A DNA stretch of 64,000 nucleotides from Tubulanus polymorphus (lineage: Eukaryota > Animalia > Nemertea), in the NCBI RefSeq assembly GCF_964204645.1, contig NC_134032.1, positions 2,104,416 to 2,168,415 of the forward strand, in the 5' to 3' direction. Numbering within the stretch: position 1 is the first letter of the stretch; the number at the start of each line of letters is the position of its first letter. This document shows, piece by piece, positions 50,223 through 63,511 of this stretch. Below the pieces are notes generated by a model. It saw nothing but the letters and a program-made list of their open reading frames with translations. It searched no databases and was not told where the DNA came from. Position numbers and translations under genes: made by a program.

Positions 50223-50734
50223 TTATCTCCGTCAAGCAGCTTCATGCATGTGTTATTTCTTTTGAATTTGAATCTTGAATAATTTCGTTTCAAATGACAG
50301 AAATGTAACAGTATAAATCTTAATACTTCTAAACTATCGATATGAGCTTATACCTTGCAATAAATAACCCGTTAAAAGTCATGTATCATAAATAAAACGA
50401 CTTTTCTACAGCCGCAACAAACTGATCCGCGCGATGAAATTCGATATGTAATCAATCTCTCCATCGACTTCAGTATCTATTTCTGCACAGAACTCAATTC
50501 CGTCGCACCAAACCACGCCGGTGTGTCATCCGGTACAAACCGATTCAGAAATAGATTTTATCCGTTCGAAAATATCACACAGAAATAGTGTGACATGGAT
50601 CGTGTCAAATTCTGTCCCGTCCCCGATTAGAGGGCGCGTGTTCACGCGTGAACTACTCACTCGATACTAAACAATTAAGGCTATCGAAACGATGATGGGG
50701 CACAATCACTTCCAGGACCATTTTATTTTGCCTC

Positions 50735-51210
50735 TGGGTTTGGCTCTGGATCCAATTCCACAATTGTCTGGGCATAATTGTTCCAATGCAGTTCCACCGT
50801 TGTGTGGGTTTAATTTGACTCTGGGTCCAGTTCCACAGTTATGTGGGTTTAATTTCACCGTGGGTCCAATTCCACGGTTCAGTTGTCTGGGCTTAATTTG
50901 ACTCTGGATCCAGTTCCACAGTTGTATAGGTTTAATTTGACTCTGGATCCAGTTCCACCGTTGTGTGTGTTTAATTTGACTCTGGGTCCAGTTCCACAGT
51001 TATGTGGGTTTAATTTCACCGTGGGTCCAATTCCACGGTTCAGTTGTCTGGGTTTAATTTGACTCTGGATCCAGTTCCACAGTTGTATAGGTTTAATTTG
51101 ACTCAGGATCCAGTTCCGCAGTTGTGTGGGTTTAATTTGACTGTGAACTCAGTTCCGCAGTTGTGTGGGTTTAATTTGACTCAGGATCCGATTCCACAGT
51201 TATGTGGGTT
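50735..51210 (+). repeat. 39-bp satellite
   Basis: Same family as 26150-27815. Confidence 0.9.
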
Positions 51211-51298
51211 AAACGCTTCGATGCAGAAAAAAACTACAAGAATAGGTCTATAGTATTTATTAACAGGCGTATGATTACTTGTTATTATTATTCAAGTT

Positions 51299-53044
51299 TT
51301 ATTGACAAATATCTGCAACAGCTGATTCTGTTTTCTGACGATTTGAATTATTCTTTTTTTTATGATCTTCGACGACCACCTGGAGAAGACGTTTCATTAT
51401 CGGTTGAAGATTCTCTTCAATCTCGGATCTAAGAAATATCGCGAGTTCCGCAAACGATATTCCCTCCTTTCCGTCGGTGTCGCATTCTTCGAGTTTTTTC
51501 CTTATTTCTTCGTCGCGCTCGCCGTGCTGACCGAGAATTGCCAGGAAACTTTCCAATTCCCCCTTCTCCAACGATCCGCTTTTGTCTTTGTCGTATGCGA
51601 CAAAAATACGTTTCCATTTGTGATTGACTATTTGGCTGAAATCGTAAAATCGACCTCATGAAGTAAAGGTGAATTTCGAGACCGCAGTGTTAGATTTCAG
51701 TTTGTTTTTTTTATCCATTTGAGACTTTACTGCAAAATATACCGAGTAACAACCGAGACATCCTCCCTCTGCAGTGACTCGAACCTGATGGCATCGCTAC
51801 ACTCAGCCACGGCACGAACCCCTGCCACAGTAGACCGGGTGCGCAGGTACATGCGCAGCTTTCCGAACGAAAACTGGCGGCACCAATCAGATTGCTCGTT
51901 GTATAATCGTTGAGGCAAATTTCAAGGAAGAACTATAAATGGGAAAACCCGGGCTAAAATAAAACGGGATTTCTGATTGGCTAAAAATCACATCATCTGA
52001 ACTGTGCATGTATCTGCGCACACGGTCGATTATGGCAGGGTTTCGTGCCGTGGCAATCTTGATGCCATCAGGTTCGAATCCCTGCCGGGGGAGGATGCAA
52101 CCGAGACAGTAATTATAAATATTGACAAAATGATGTTCAACCTTTTTGGTGGTGAAGTTATTTTCAAGATCTCAATAGAGGTAACGATACCGAAATTGGG
52201 GGACACACGGGGCGATTTCGCCGGTAAAATCGCCCGGGCCAAATTCGGTTTTCGTATCTAGTCGACTAGTGGTCGGAACTAATGACCGAATGCGCTTGAT
52301 TTTCGAACTATTTCCGGAATATAGTTACGACTATCGGACATTCGGTTTCGTTTAGTTCGACTATAGTCGACTAACTCAGATAACCGAAGGTGGCCCAGTG
52401 TGTTAGGCTTTACGGAGATCCTTTAGCATCGAGCGCCGTATTCAACCGACCAATTATTCACGTGATTTATGAAAGGTGGCGCCACCGGCTGGTCGTTCGA
52501 TTAATGAAAGGTGGCGCCACCGGCTGGTCGTTTAATCAACTCGGCGCTGTTATATCAAATGGAATGTTTACGATTTAAGTGAAGGGGCACTTCATTTGAA
52601 AAATACCAAAACATTTCTTACCATTGTACAGTTCGATAAACACGTTATTAACTATTATTGACATACCTTAGCCATACCAGTGTGAACTCATAAAACCCTA
52701 TTTTATCAGACCGGGATTCAGAGGGATACTGTCGTTCCAATTCCTGTAGAATATATAAAATTTGTCAAATTAGCTTCTGCATTTCCAGTAGATATCGTCT
52801 GCGAGATATCGATTTTTATTCAATACACAGAATAGAATTTTATCATCGCGAAAAGTCCTAATACCTCGCTGAGCTGACGATCGGAGAGCACATCTGATAC
52901 CGTTTCACGCGAAACCTGCAGCGTTTCTCCATCGAACTGTTCGATACAAACCCGTAGCACTGGTTTGAAAGACCTGGTGAGGTTGCCGGCTCCGATCTGG
53001 TATTGCCGGAAAATCCCATCGCATATATCTAAGTAGGAGTCCAT
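51299..53044 (-). CDS. EF-hand calcium-binding protein, tandem copy A (197 aa)
   Basis: Exons 53044-52865, 52743-52667 and 51635-51299. EF loops DKDKSGSLEKGE and DTDGKEGISFAE. Confidence 0.85.
51758..52097. mobile_element. Foldback element with ~100-bp arms containing the 52-bp repeat monomer
   Basis: catcctccc...cgaacctgatggcatc...gccacggcacgaacccctgcca...gtgcgcaggtacatgc is mirrored at ~52004-52097. Confidence 0.7.
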
Positions 53045-53444
53045 CGCAATTTGTGACCGCATTGCTTCGCGTGTGTGCGTTAACTGTCGAATATGCCTGG
53101 TTTCCAAGGTCCGTTACGCCCACCGACTATAAAGGTTTGGACGAGCATGTAAGGATTATTTATAAACGAGTAAACTAAAGTCAACCATACTTTTTTCTAT
53201 AGTTTGAAAGGCGACCTCTGTTTAACCCGATTTAATAATATTCAATTACGTTAATTTGACAACGGGCGATCTACTGCTCGTCACGCCACCTGGTGGAATA
53301 GCTGGTGGGTTCCCCAATTTGGATTGTGACAAGCCACATTTTATTTTTGCGAAGATCAAGCTCTTTTTATTGAGTTAGAATAGTGTATTTTGAGTTTGTG
53401 TGTTTATTCGGCCACAATTAGAAATACCCTAGCCCTTTTTGGTT

Positions 53445-54190
53445 CAATTGACTCTGGATCCAGTTCCACAGTTGTGTGGGTTTAATTTGACTGTGAATCC
53501 AGTTCCACAGTTGCGTGGGATTAATTTGACTCAGGATCCAGTTCCACAGTTGTGTGGGTTTAATTTGACTCTGAATCCAGTTCCGCAGTTGTGTGGGTTT
53601 AATTTGACTGTGAATCCAGTTCCACAGTTGTGTGGGATTAATTTGACCCTGGATCCAGTTCCACAGTTGTGTGGGTTTAATTTGACTCTGGATCCAGTTC
53701 CACAGTTGTGTGGGTTTAATTTGACTCTGGATCCAGTTCCACAGTTGTGTGGGTTTAATTTGACTCTGAATCCAGTTCCGCAGTTGTGTGGTTTTAATTT
53801 GACTGTGAACTCAGTTCCACAGTTGTGTGGGTTTAATTTGACTCTGGATCCCACAGTTGTGTGGGTTTAATTTGACTGTGAATCCAGTTCCACAGTTGTG
53901 TGGGTTTAATTTGACTCTGGATCCAGTTCCACAGTTGTGTGGGTTTAATTTGACTCTGGATCCAGTTCCGCAGTTGTGTGGGTTTAATTTGACTGTGAAT
54001 CCAGTTCCGCAGTTGTGTGGGATTAATTTGACCCTGAATCCAGTTCCACAGTTGTGTGGGTTTAATTTGACTCTGAATCCAGTTCCACAGTTGTGTAGGT
54101 TTAATTTGACTCTGAATCCAGTTCCGCAGTTGTGTGGGTTTAATTTGACCCTGGATCCAGTTCTACAGTTGTGTGGGTTTAATTTAACCT
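53445..54190 (+). repeat. 39-bp satellite
   Basis: Same family as 26150-27815. Confidence 0.95.
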
Positions 54191-54566
54191 GACTCTCATG
54201 ATTGCAGAAAAAGTCGCCTTTAATTTTTTTTCTATACCTCCCATCATAATAAACTGCAATTTTCGCTCAATTTGAATTTTTTTCTGCGATCAAAGTTTTC
54301 CGTGGATAATAATCAAATAATAAAAAAAAGTTATCATTATTTTCGCCGTTCCCATCCATTTAGAACGCCTTTTTCATTTTTTATCTCGACAAACTTGCAT
54401 TATTTGCCTACGGGCTATCTGATTTCCCGCCTCTCCTTTCGACGACTAGACGAAAGTCGAATAGTTCGGCTGCGAAACAGAAAGCGTAGCTAAAAAAATG
54501 TATAATTCATCTCAACTTTTATTGACAAATATCTACATCAGCTGATTGTTTTCATGACGATTGAAA

Positions 54567-55277
54567 TTAGGCGACTGCGCGATAATCTTCGACGGCCTTT
54601 TGGATAAACTCATCCATTTTCGTGTCGAGTATTTCCTTGATCTCAGATCTGACAAATTTCTCAAGTTCCTCGAACGATATTCCCTCCTTTCCGTCGGTGT
54701 CGCATTCGGTGAGTTTTTTCCTTATTTCTTGCTCGCGCTCGCCGAACTGACCGAGGAATGCCAGGAAACTTTCCAATTCGTTCTTCTCCATCGATTCGCT
54801 GTTGTCTTTGTCGTATTCGACGAAAGTATATTTCCATTTGTGAAGGGCAGCCTTGCTGAAAATGTCAAATCAATGCCATGAATTGAACGACTAGTAACCA
54901 AGACAAAAATTATAGAAATAGACGAAATGATCTTCAAACTTTTATTTCCATGATGGCGATGTATCGAATCAGGTAACAATACTAGACAAAATAATACCGA
55001 ACAGCTTGATGCAAGCGCTACGATGTTGTGAGATGTTATATCAAATGGAATGTTTGCGATTTAGGTGAAGGGGCACTTCGTTTGCAGAAAAAACAAAAAA
55101 ATTCCGTACCACCCTGCAGTTTGATAAAAGCGTTGTTAGCGTAAATGCTAAAATTGACTTACCTAAACCATTCCTGCGCGAGTTCATGAAACCCTATATC
55201 ATCAGATCGGGAATCACGGGGATACTTTCGGTCCAATTCCTGGATAGAATATATCAAATTCTTCATATTAACTTTCG

Positions 55278-55326
<49 letters not shown>

Positions 55327-55354
55327 GATAACGATAACGATAACGATAACGATA

Positions 55355-55421
<67 letters not shown>

Positions 55422-55452
55422 TAAGGATAACAATAATAATAATAATAATAAC

Positions 55453-55484
<32 letters not shown>

Positions 55485-56142
55485 TAATAATAATAATAAT
55501 AATAAGTCATTTATATAGCGCAGTTTTCCATAGTATTAAAGTTCAAATGCGCTCCTGCGGGTGCATTACGAGTTGAAGTAAGCACAGAGCAGTTTAGTTT
55601 TAATGAACGTTTTGAACCGAGGTAGTGACATATTTAACGCAGCATGTGGAAGGTCGATATAGTTATTCCAAAGTCTAGGAGCAATCCGCGAAATGAAACC
55701 TTCTCTTCTTAATCCGCCGCTAGGGTTCAGCTGCAACAACAGATGGTGGGAATTTATTTGTATGGTCTTTAAAAAGGTTGTATCGTTCGATATCTTTCTT
55801 ATTTGACTAGGGGTCGGGCATATAGTTTCGATTTGAAAGTGATGAAAAATGCGGTTTCATTTTCATTGCTCTACCACCAAAATTAGAAACTGCATTATGC
55901 GAGATATCAATTTTATCCATTTCCGACCAAACACCCATATAATCATCTTTTCTTACCTCGATGAACTGACGATCGAACATAACCCTGAACACAGAGTTAC
56001 GCGAAATCCTCATCGGCGTATTTCCGTCGAACCGTTCGATGCATTTCTCTACGATTCGTTTGAAAACATTCTCATCGAAGCGACCGATCTGATATCGGTC
56101 GAAAATCTCCCGGAAGTATTTTAGGTAGTTTGTGTAGTCCAT
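54567..56142 (-). CDS. EF-hand calcium-binding protein, tandem copy B (183 aa)
   Basis: Exons 56142-55957, 55239-55163 and 54855-54567. EF loops DKDNSESMEKNE and DTDGKEGISFEE. Confidence 0.85.
55281..55740 (-). mobile_element. L2/CR1-group LINE 3' fragment with compound microsatellite tail
   Basis: Minus strand encodes GFISRIAPRLWN... and FKTFIKTKLL, then gcgcatttgaac...gcgctatataaatgac, then an (ATT)/(GTC) tail at 55504-55281. The same ~55-bp 3' end with an (ATT)n tail is on + at ~59500-59630. Confidence 0.7.
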
Positions 56143-57619
56143 CGCAATTTGTGACCGCTTTACTTCCTGAGCTTACGTTCAATGTCGAATATGTCTGGTT
56201 TCCAAGGTCTGTTTCGACCAACGACTTTATAACGCTACAGGGCAGGTTTAGACGAGCAGGTTTAGTCGAATAAACGAATGTCGACAATATTTTCTATACA
56301 GTTTAAAAGGCGACCTCTGTTTAACCCGGGGCAATAATATTCAATTAGCATAGCGATTAATATGTAATTTTGACAACGGACGATCTACTGCTCGTCACGC
56401 CACCTGGTGGTATAGCTAGTTTTGCGGGTTCCCCAATGGATTACGCCGAACAGCATTTTATTTCTGCGAAGATCAAGCTCTTTGTATAGACTAAGTGTGC
56501 CTGCATAGTAAGGCCACGCTAAGAAATACCCTTGTTTCTAATCAGCCCTTTTTGGAAACGCGTGACGAGGGCGACAGATTTTTATTTTTACCTACTTTTT
56601 TTACGAAATGCAGAAATGAAAAGCCTTTTTCTAAATTCTAAAAGTGACGAGGGCGACTAATTTTTTTTGTTATTTGAACGGCGAGATTTAGGTGCCGACG
56701 GAATTCACGGGGACGAAAGAACTTCGTTACCGAAATAACCTGCCACAGTCGTATTGGGGTACCCGCAGTGATACTGTGGCAATCGAGGATTCCACTCATG
56801 GCAGGCGAGGATCCGCCAGGTTCGCTAGTAGATAGTTGGTCGTCCGCGTTCGATTTCCTTCTACATTTCAATTAAATCTAAACGAACCTTTCTCTTAGAT
56901 AAATAAATTATCTATGAAAGGTATATCGATATCTGATTAGAAGAAAGTATTTCATATTTGGTGAGTCCTGTGATAGTATATGGATACAGCAGTCTAAAAA
57001 TCCAGTTCAAAGTTCACTTAAAATTAACTAATTTTGACAGCAAGTAACCTACTGCTCGTCGCGCCATCTAACGGGATAGCGGGTTTTGCGGGTACCCCAT
57101 TGCAAACCCGCAGCCGGGCTACTGTGGAAATCGAGGATTCCACATATGGCAGGTGAGGATCCGCCAGGAGTCGCTAGTAGTAGAGAGTTGGTAGTCCGCG
57201 TTCAATTTCCTTGACTACATACGAACGACTTCTTGCCAAAAGTAACACAGGCATTATATACACTGCTGTGAATACAAGCAGATAGGTTTTTTTGAAAGCA
57301 TAAAGCCCCCGCACACGAGCGAATTTTGCATACGCATTTAGCGCTGCGCAAAATTGATTGGACCTAAGTTAAAATAATGGTAATTTCTAAAATTTTAAGA
57401 CTATTTTTATTATTTTGTGGTCAGTAGCCTCAAACCTATCCATATCTACCTCGAAACGGATTATTTGATTTTAGACGAAAGTCGACGAATAACTTCGATA
57501 ACTAAACAACAGCTACGAATATATCATAGAAACATTTATATTTATTTCGGGCAAACAATAACGTGTCAACTTATATTTACAAATAACTAAAAATGTTTTG
57601 CTATCAACGATCAAAAATC

Positions 57620-59554
57620 TCATTCCCAATAATCTTCGATGGCTTTCTTCACGAAACGTTCCATTATCGGGTCGAGTTTATCTTTAATTTCGGATTCAAC
57701 GAATTTCCCGAGTTCCTCGAACGAAATTCCCTCCTTTCCGTCGGTGTCGCATTCTTCGAGTTTTTTCTTTATTTCTTCCTCGCGCTCGCCGATCTGACCG
57801 AGAATTGCCAGGAAACTTTCCAATTCTTCCTTCTCCAACGATCCGCTGTTGTCTAAGTCGTATTCCGCGAAAGTATCTTTCCATTTTTCGAGGATTTTTT
57901 TGCTGAAATTGTGAAATCGATGTCATGAAGTAAAAGTGTATATCAGTGATGATACCGCGGTGATTGATTCAAATGGATCGCAGTTTGTTTTCTTAGCAGC
58001 CCGTAGATTGGGTAAATCGTTACAATTAAGACAAACAATAAAGAAATTTAAAAAATTGAAAAGAAATGGACAAAACGATCGCCAAGCTTGTGATTTATTC
58101 AGTTATATCCCGTAGTCTCGAGGCATCCAACCAAATTAACCCCAATTAATCAGTGAATTAGTTGTTTGTCGGTTCAGTTCAAACTGGTTGAAAGATTGTT
58201 TGAATGAACCGGAACCGATTTTCCCAATTATGTACTTCGATTTAAACAAAAAAATACTGTAAATTCGACCGCTGATCACACAACTATATTTGTACTTCGA
58301 TTTCCGATTTCGAAATCAAAACCCCGGGCGCAGTGGCCGAGTGGGTTAAGCCAGCGATCACTGGTCCCGTCAATCCAGGGTCTATGGTTTCTGGCGACAG
58401 AGTTTCTTGGTCGAAGGTTTAAAAGAAACATCGAACTCGCTTATATAATGCGCTGCGTGGCGCTCCGTGGGTTGAGGAAATTAAAAAAAAAAAAACAACC
58501 ATCAAACCCCTGTTTCGCTCCCGGCAGGCGTGACTGGGTTTGCAAGGCACACCAAATCATAACAAATCATACAAAATCTACTCATCAAAAACATAACATT
58601 ACTTTCAATTTACTTTGTTGACGTCGTAAAAATATTCTCTCGTAATTAATTTGTTACGCAGTAGCTGTACTGATTGGTGATTGTATTCCGATTCTCGTAT
58701 CAAATATATTCAGGAAGCCGGTATCGGGCAAACATGACATTCAAGATGGCCACGAGGGCGACCATCGTTCAAGATGATAAACCGCGTTTTTAATAGGGGT
58801 GGGATATTGCACCTGCTTCAATTGCCGCTAACGCTGACCGTTAGATTAGGTGCCAACTTAAATGTTAGGTCCACCCTGATTCAAAGATCGGCTATTTACC
58901 GTACCTGAACCATTCTTGTGCGAAATGATGAAACTCAATATCATCACTTGTAGAATCTTTGGGCGGATATCTTTCTTTTAGTCCCTGAAAATACACGTAT
59001 ACATTTCTCAAATTAGGTTTTGCGCACTCCCGCCGGGTCCAGTTCCGCACTTTCGAGTTAACCCATCAGCACTCGGGAATGTCACTATGTAGTGTCAATT
59101 ACTCCTTAGAAAATTCGAGGGCTAAGTTCATCTCGATACCGAATAGCTCATTTGCTGTTGTTTATTGCCATGCATTACAAATTCGTGTTGTTTTATAGTA
59201 AATAGTCAAGGCTTTCATATGATGTAAGATTTGATGAGGTGGGCCATCAAAATCGTGTCCTCCCCACCCCGAATTTCATCCAATCTACTTGGATTTGAAG
59301 AGCGCGCTAAGATCTGTCATGTTCCGACCCCAAATACTCGAAAAATTGAAATGGGAGGATGTTGATTTCTGTACGGTATATTGAGAGGCGCCTATAGTTT
59401 ATCATAAACTATTGGGTTCGAATCCCACTATTGTTGTTTTTACGCTGCTACGAAAAAGTGACGGGCGGATTCGGGTGGCTTAAGGAGTATGTCGGATATG
59501 AGCAGGAGCGCATTTGAACTTTAATACTATGGAAAACTGCGCTATATAAATGAC

Positions 59555-59633
<79 letters not shown>

Positions 59634-59956
59634 GCAGGACGGATATGTGCAGCTTGAGTGCTAATGGGTTAATGAGTGCTAATGGGTTAACTCATTGAAA
59701 ATGAACTAACTTTAACTCAGAATTAACTGATAGTTTGATAGATAGGAATTTTTTATCGTAAAAAAAAAAAAAAAATTCTTACCGCCACGAAGCCGCTATC
59801 GTCGACCACGGAGCACAGATTGTTAGCCGAAATATCCGGTAATTCTCCATCGAACCGATCGATAGATATCTTTAAGACTTGCTTGAAAACCTTCTCTTCA
59901 CTGCTACCGATCTGATAACCGTCAAAAATATCCCGGAAAAAATCGACGTAGTCCAT
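57620..59956 (-). CDS. EF-hand calcium-binding protein, tandem copy C (178 aa)
   Basis: Exons 59956-59783, 58984-58905 and 57902-57620. EF loops DLDNSGSLEKEE and DTDGKEGISFEE. Confidence 0.85.
58325..58496 (+). mobile_element. SINE-like insertion with A box and poly(A) tail
   Basis: gggcgcagtggccgagtgggttaag head and an A-run tail. No match seen in the homologous intron of copy D. Confidence 0.55.
59500..59630 (+). mobile_element. Extreme 3' end of the L2-like element with (ATT)n tail
   Basis: gcaggagcgcatttgaactttaatactatggaaaactgcgctatataaatgactt matches the reverse complement of ~55503-55558. Confidence 0.7.
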
Positions 59957-60664
59957 CGCAACTTTTTGGCCGCTTTAATGTCTATGCGCAAGCGTCGAAT
60001 ATGTCTTATTTACAAGGTGCATTTTGACCACAACGACTATATAGGCCAAGACAGGTTTAGACGTCTCTGCAGGTCGTTACGTTTTAAAACCGTGGACAAT
60101 CCCATTCAATTAGATATATTCATTGCATATGCGTGACGTCCTGACGACGAACCGTGACCGAAAATACGTTTTAGTATTTTTATCATGCTTCGAGATATGT
60201 AAATACTGTCAAAATTATGATATCATTTTTGACGCGTCCAAGGACGCGTGAACCCTTTTATTGGCGAATTTAGAAAAAATTCTTCACAAATTTTGGGGAA
60301 TTTTTTGCGACTTTTCGAACAAATTTTTCCAAAACCTGCCTTTAATATGTTCCGAGAATGGAAGTCAACAGCCAAGATGCCGGGCGGGATACCGAATTTT
60401 AAGTCCGAAAGAATCGCAGCCCCAATACCCGACCGACTTCATGCAGGATTTTGACTCCAAAAGAGTTGATTATCTATTCTTATTCGATAGATTCGATGTT
60501 TCGAATAAATTCTATCGTTGCGCAAGGTTGACGTTCAAAAACGGCCACGTTTGCACAATACTGGTTGGTTGGGACTCATAATCGGAATGGTGGTCGTGTC
60601 TCTTTTACTCTTTTAACTCTATTCTTGTTGTGAGCGAGTGATATTGTTTTGATAAAAAAGTTCG

Positions 60665-61340
60665 AACCCGGTTCCACTGTTTTATCGGTTTAATTTGACT
60701 CTGAACCCAGTTCCACAGTTGTGTGGGTTTAATTTAACTCAGGATCCAGTTCCACAGTTGTGTGGGTTTGATTTGACTTTGAACCCAGTTCCACAGTTAA
60801 ATGTGTGGGTTTAATTTGTTTCTTGATCCAGTTCCACTTGTGCGTAGTTTAAATATGTCTCTAAGTCCCGTTTAACAGTTGTGTGGGATATATTCGTCTA
60901 TTAGCCCAGTTCCACAGTTGTATGGTTTTAATTTGTCTCTGGGTCCACTTTAACATTTGTGTGGGTTTAATTTCACTCTGAACCCAGTTCCACAGTTGTG
61001 TTGATTTAATTTCACTCTGAACCCAGTTCCACAGTTGTGTGGGTTTATTTTGTCTCTGGGTCCACTTTTACAGTTGTGTGGGTTTAATTTCACTCTGAAC
61101 CCAGTTCCACAGTTGTGTGGATTTAATTTAACTCAGGATCCAGTTCACAGTAGTGTGGGTTTAATTCGCTTCTTGATTCAGTTCCACAGTTGTGTGGGTT
61201 TGATTTGACTCTGAACCCAGTTCCACAGTTGTGTGGGTTTAATTTGTCTCTGGGTCCACTTTAACAGTTGTGTGGGTTTAACTTGGCTCTGAACCCAGTT
61301 CCACAGTTGTGTGGGTTTAATTTGTCTCTGTCTCCAGTTC
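60665..61340 (+). repeat. 39-bp satellite (diverged)
   Basis: Same family as 26150-27815. Confidence 0.9.
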
Positions 61341-61716
61341 GAGAATTATGCGGCGGTTTAATTGATTCCAAACCCAATTCTACAATTCCACGTTATTGCT
61401 ATCGCGGTTACGTTATTATTTTAATCACCGTTCAAAAAAAAAAAATTCAGCAATCATAACCGTAAGAAAAAAGACTTTTTTCAAGACTACTTTCACTAAT
61501 CTTTACTCAGTAGCCGCAGCCATTTACATATCTACCTCGAAACGGATTATTTTATTTGATTTTAGCCGAATTATTTGGCTTCGATAGATAAACAACAGCT
61601 ACGAATAATTTACCATAGAAACATTTATATTTATTTTTCCAGGTGACAATGACGTGTCGACTGATATTGACAAATAATCACTAAAAATGTTTTTTGCTTT
61701 CCGACGATCAAAAATA

Positions 61717-63511
61717 TCACTTCTTAAAATCTTCGGTGGCCTTCTTGATGACACTTTCCATTATCGGGTCGAGTTTATCTTTAATATCGGATTCAACGAA
61801 ATTCTGAAATTCCTCGAACGATATTCCCTCCTTTCCGTCGGTGTCGCATTCGTCGAGTTTTCTCTTTATTTCTTCCCCGCGCTCGCCGTGCTGACCGAGG
61901 CTTGCCAGGAAACTTTCTAATTCTTCCTTCTCCAACGATCCGCTGTTGTCTACGTCGTAAAGCGCGAAAAAATGTTTCCATTTTTCGAGGATCGTTTTGC
62001 TGAAATTGTGAAATCGATGTCATGAAGTAAAGGAGAATATTTAGACTGTGGTTAGCGATTTCAGTTCGTTTTCTTAACGACCCGCAGTTTGGGTTAATCG
62101 TTACAATTACGACAAATAAAAAAAAATGGCAAAAAGATCGCCAACCTTGTGATATATAAAGTTATTCAGAAATATCGATGTTTCCAACAAATCTAGGCAT
62201 CCAACCAAATTAACCCCAATCAGTCACATGCCGGTTCAGACTGTTTGGATCGCTATATCTTTATTAGCATCACAATTATCATTGATATGATAATAATTAC
62301 GATAATAGTTATGATTATTACTATCAAAATAATCATTATCAATTCTATGATTATATTTGTTGAAATTTGCTGTAATCTCTGCTGTATTGTTGGGTGTTAT
62401 CATAACTTGTGGAGTGAATAAACTGAAGCTGAAACTGGAAGATTGTTTGAATGAACCGGGACCGAAATTATAACGAATTGTGTTCCTAGATTTAAACACA
62501 GGATTCCGTTAACTCGACCCTTGATCACACTGTTATATATCTGTACTTCGATTGTTTTAACCGTTAGATTGTTACTCCACAACAAATTTAAAGACCCCCC
62601 CCCAGACTGCATGCTTATCCTACGAATGTAAATCAAGACGGCTTCCCCTGGTGGCCATGTTAGATGAGCGATGACCATCAAATTCATTTATGAAGCCCGT
62701 ATCGGGCCAACATGACATTCAAGATGGTCCAAAGGGTGGCTATCCTATAAGATGATGAACGGCATTTTCTATTGCAGCGAGACGCATTTCATCCACGTCA
62801 TCACTCGCTAACACGCCCCCACCCCCCCATCCCCGATTAACTGTTTATATGTTAGATTTTCAGTTTAAGCCCGATTCAAAAGACCCGATATTTACTTACC
62901 TGAACCAAAAGTGTGCAAAATGATGAAACTCAATATCATCGAGTGAAGTATTTTTAGGCGGATACTTTACACGCAGTTCCTAGAAAATACAGGTATACAT
63001 TTCTCAAATTAGGTTTTGCACTTCCGGGTCCAGTTCCGCAATTCCAAATTGACATTCAACTCTTGAGTTAACTAATTAAAAATGAACTGACTTTAACTCA
63101 GAGTTAACTCCATTCCCTAACGGTGGTTTGTCGATGAGATCTCGAATTTAGGAGCGACTGCACTTAAAGTTTCCCTGATGATTTATGTACCTAACCTAAC
63201 ATAACCATAACACTATTCTTCGTTAACATTAGCGCACAGTGGTCATGTGACCCAACTGCAGTTAGACCCGAATTTTTACATCGTTTGATAAATAGAAGTT
63301 TGTTATTATGAAATAAAGTTCTTACCGCCATAAAATTGGAATCGCCGACAACGCCGAGCAACTGCATGGGCGGAATCTTCGGCGAATTTCCATCAAACCG
63401 ATCGATACATATTTTCAAGACAAGCTCGAAATCCATCCCTTCACGGTAAATGATCTGATATGTTTCAAAAATTTCCCGGAACAAACCGACGTAGTTACTT
63501 AAGCGGTGCAT
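61717..63511 (-). CDS. EF-hand calcium-binding protein, tandem copy D (182 aa)
   Basis: Exons 63511-63326, 62979-62900 and 61999-61717. EF loops DVDNSGSLEKEE and DTDGKEGISFEE. Confidence 0.85.

Noticed and set aside
49604-50293. Three overlapping repeat ORFs
   Set aside because: All three frames are open across a 51-52-bp tandem repeat; artefact.
55186-55518. Poly-N/poly-D protein
   Set aside because: Microsatellite within intron 1 of EF-hand copy B.
51299-63511. Calling the EF-hand genes photoproteins or calmodulin
   Set aside because: Only two intact C-terminal loops are present, and I see no recognisable family-specific residues; this needs a profile or structure search.
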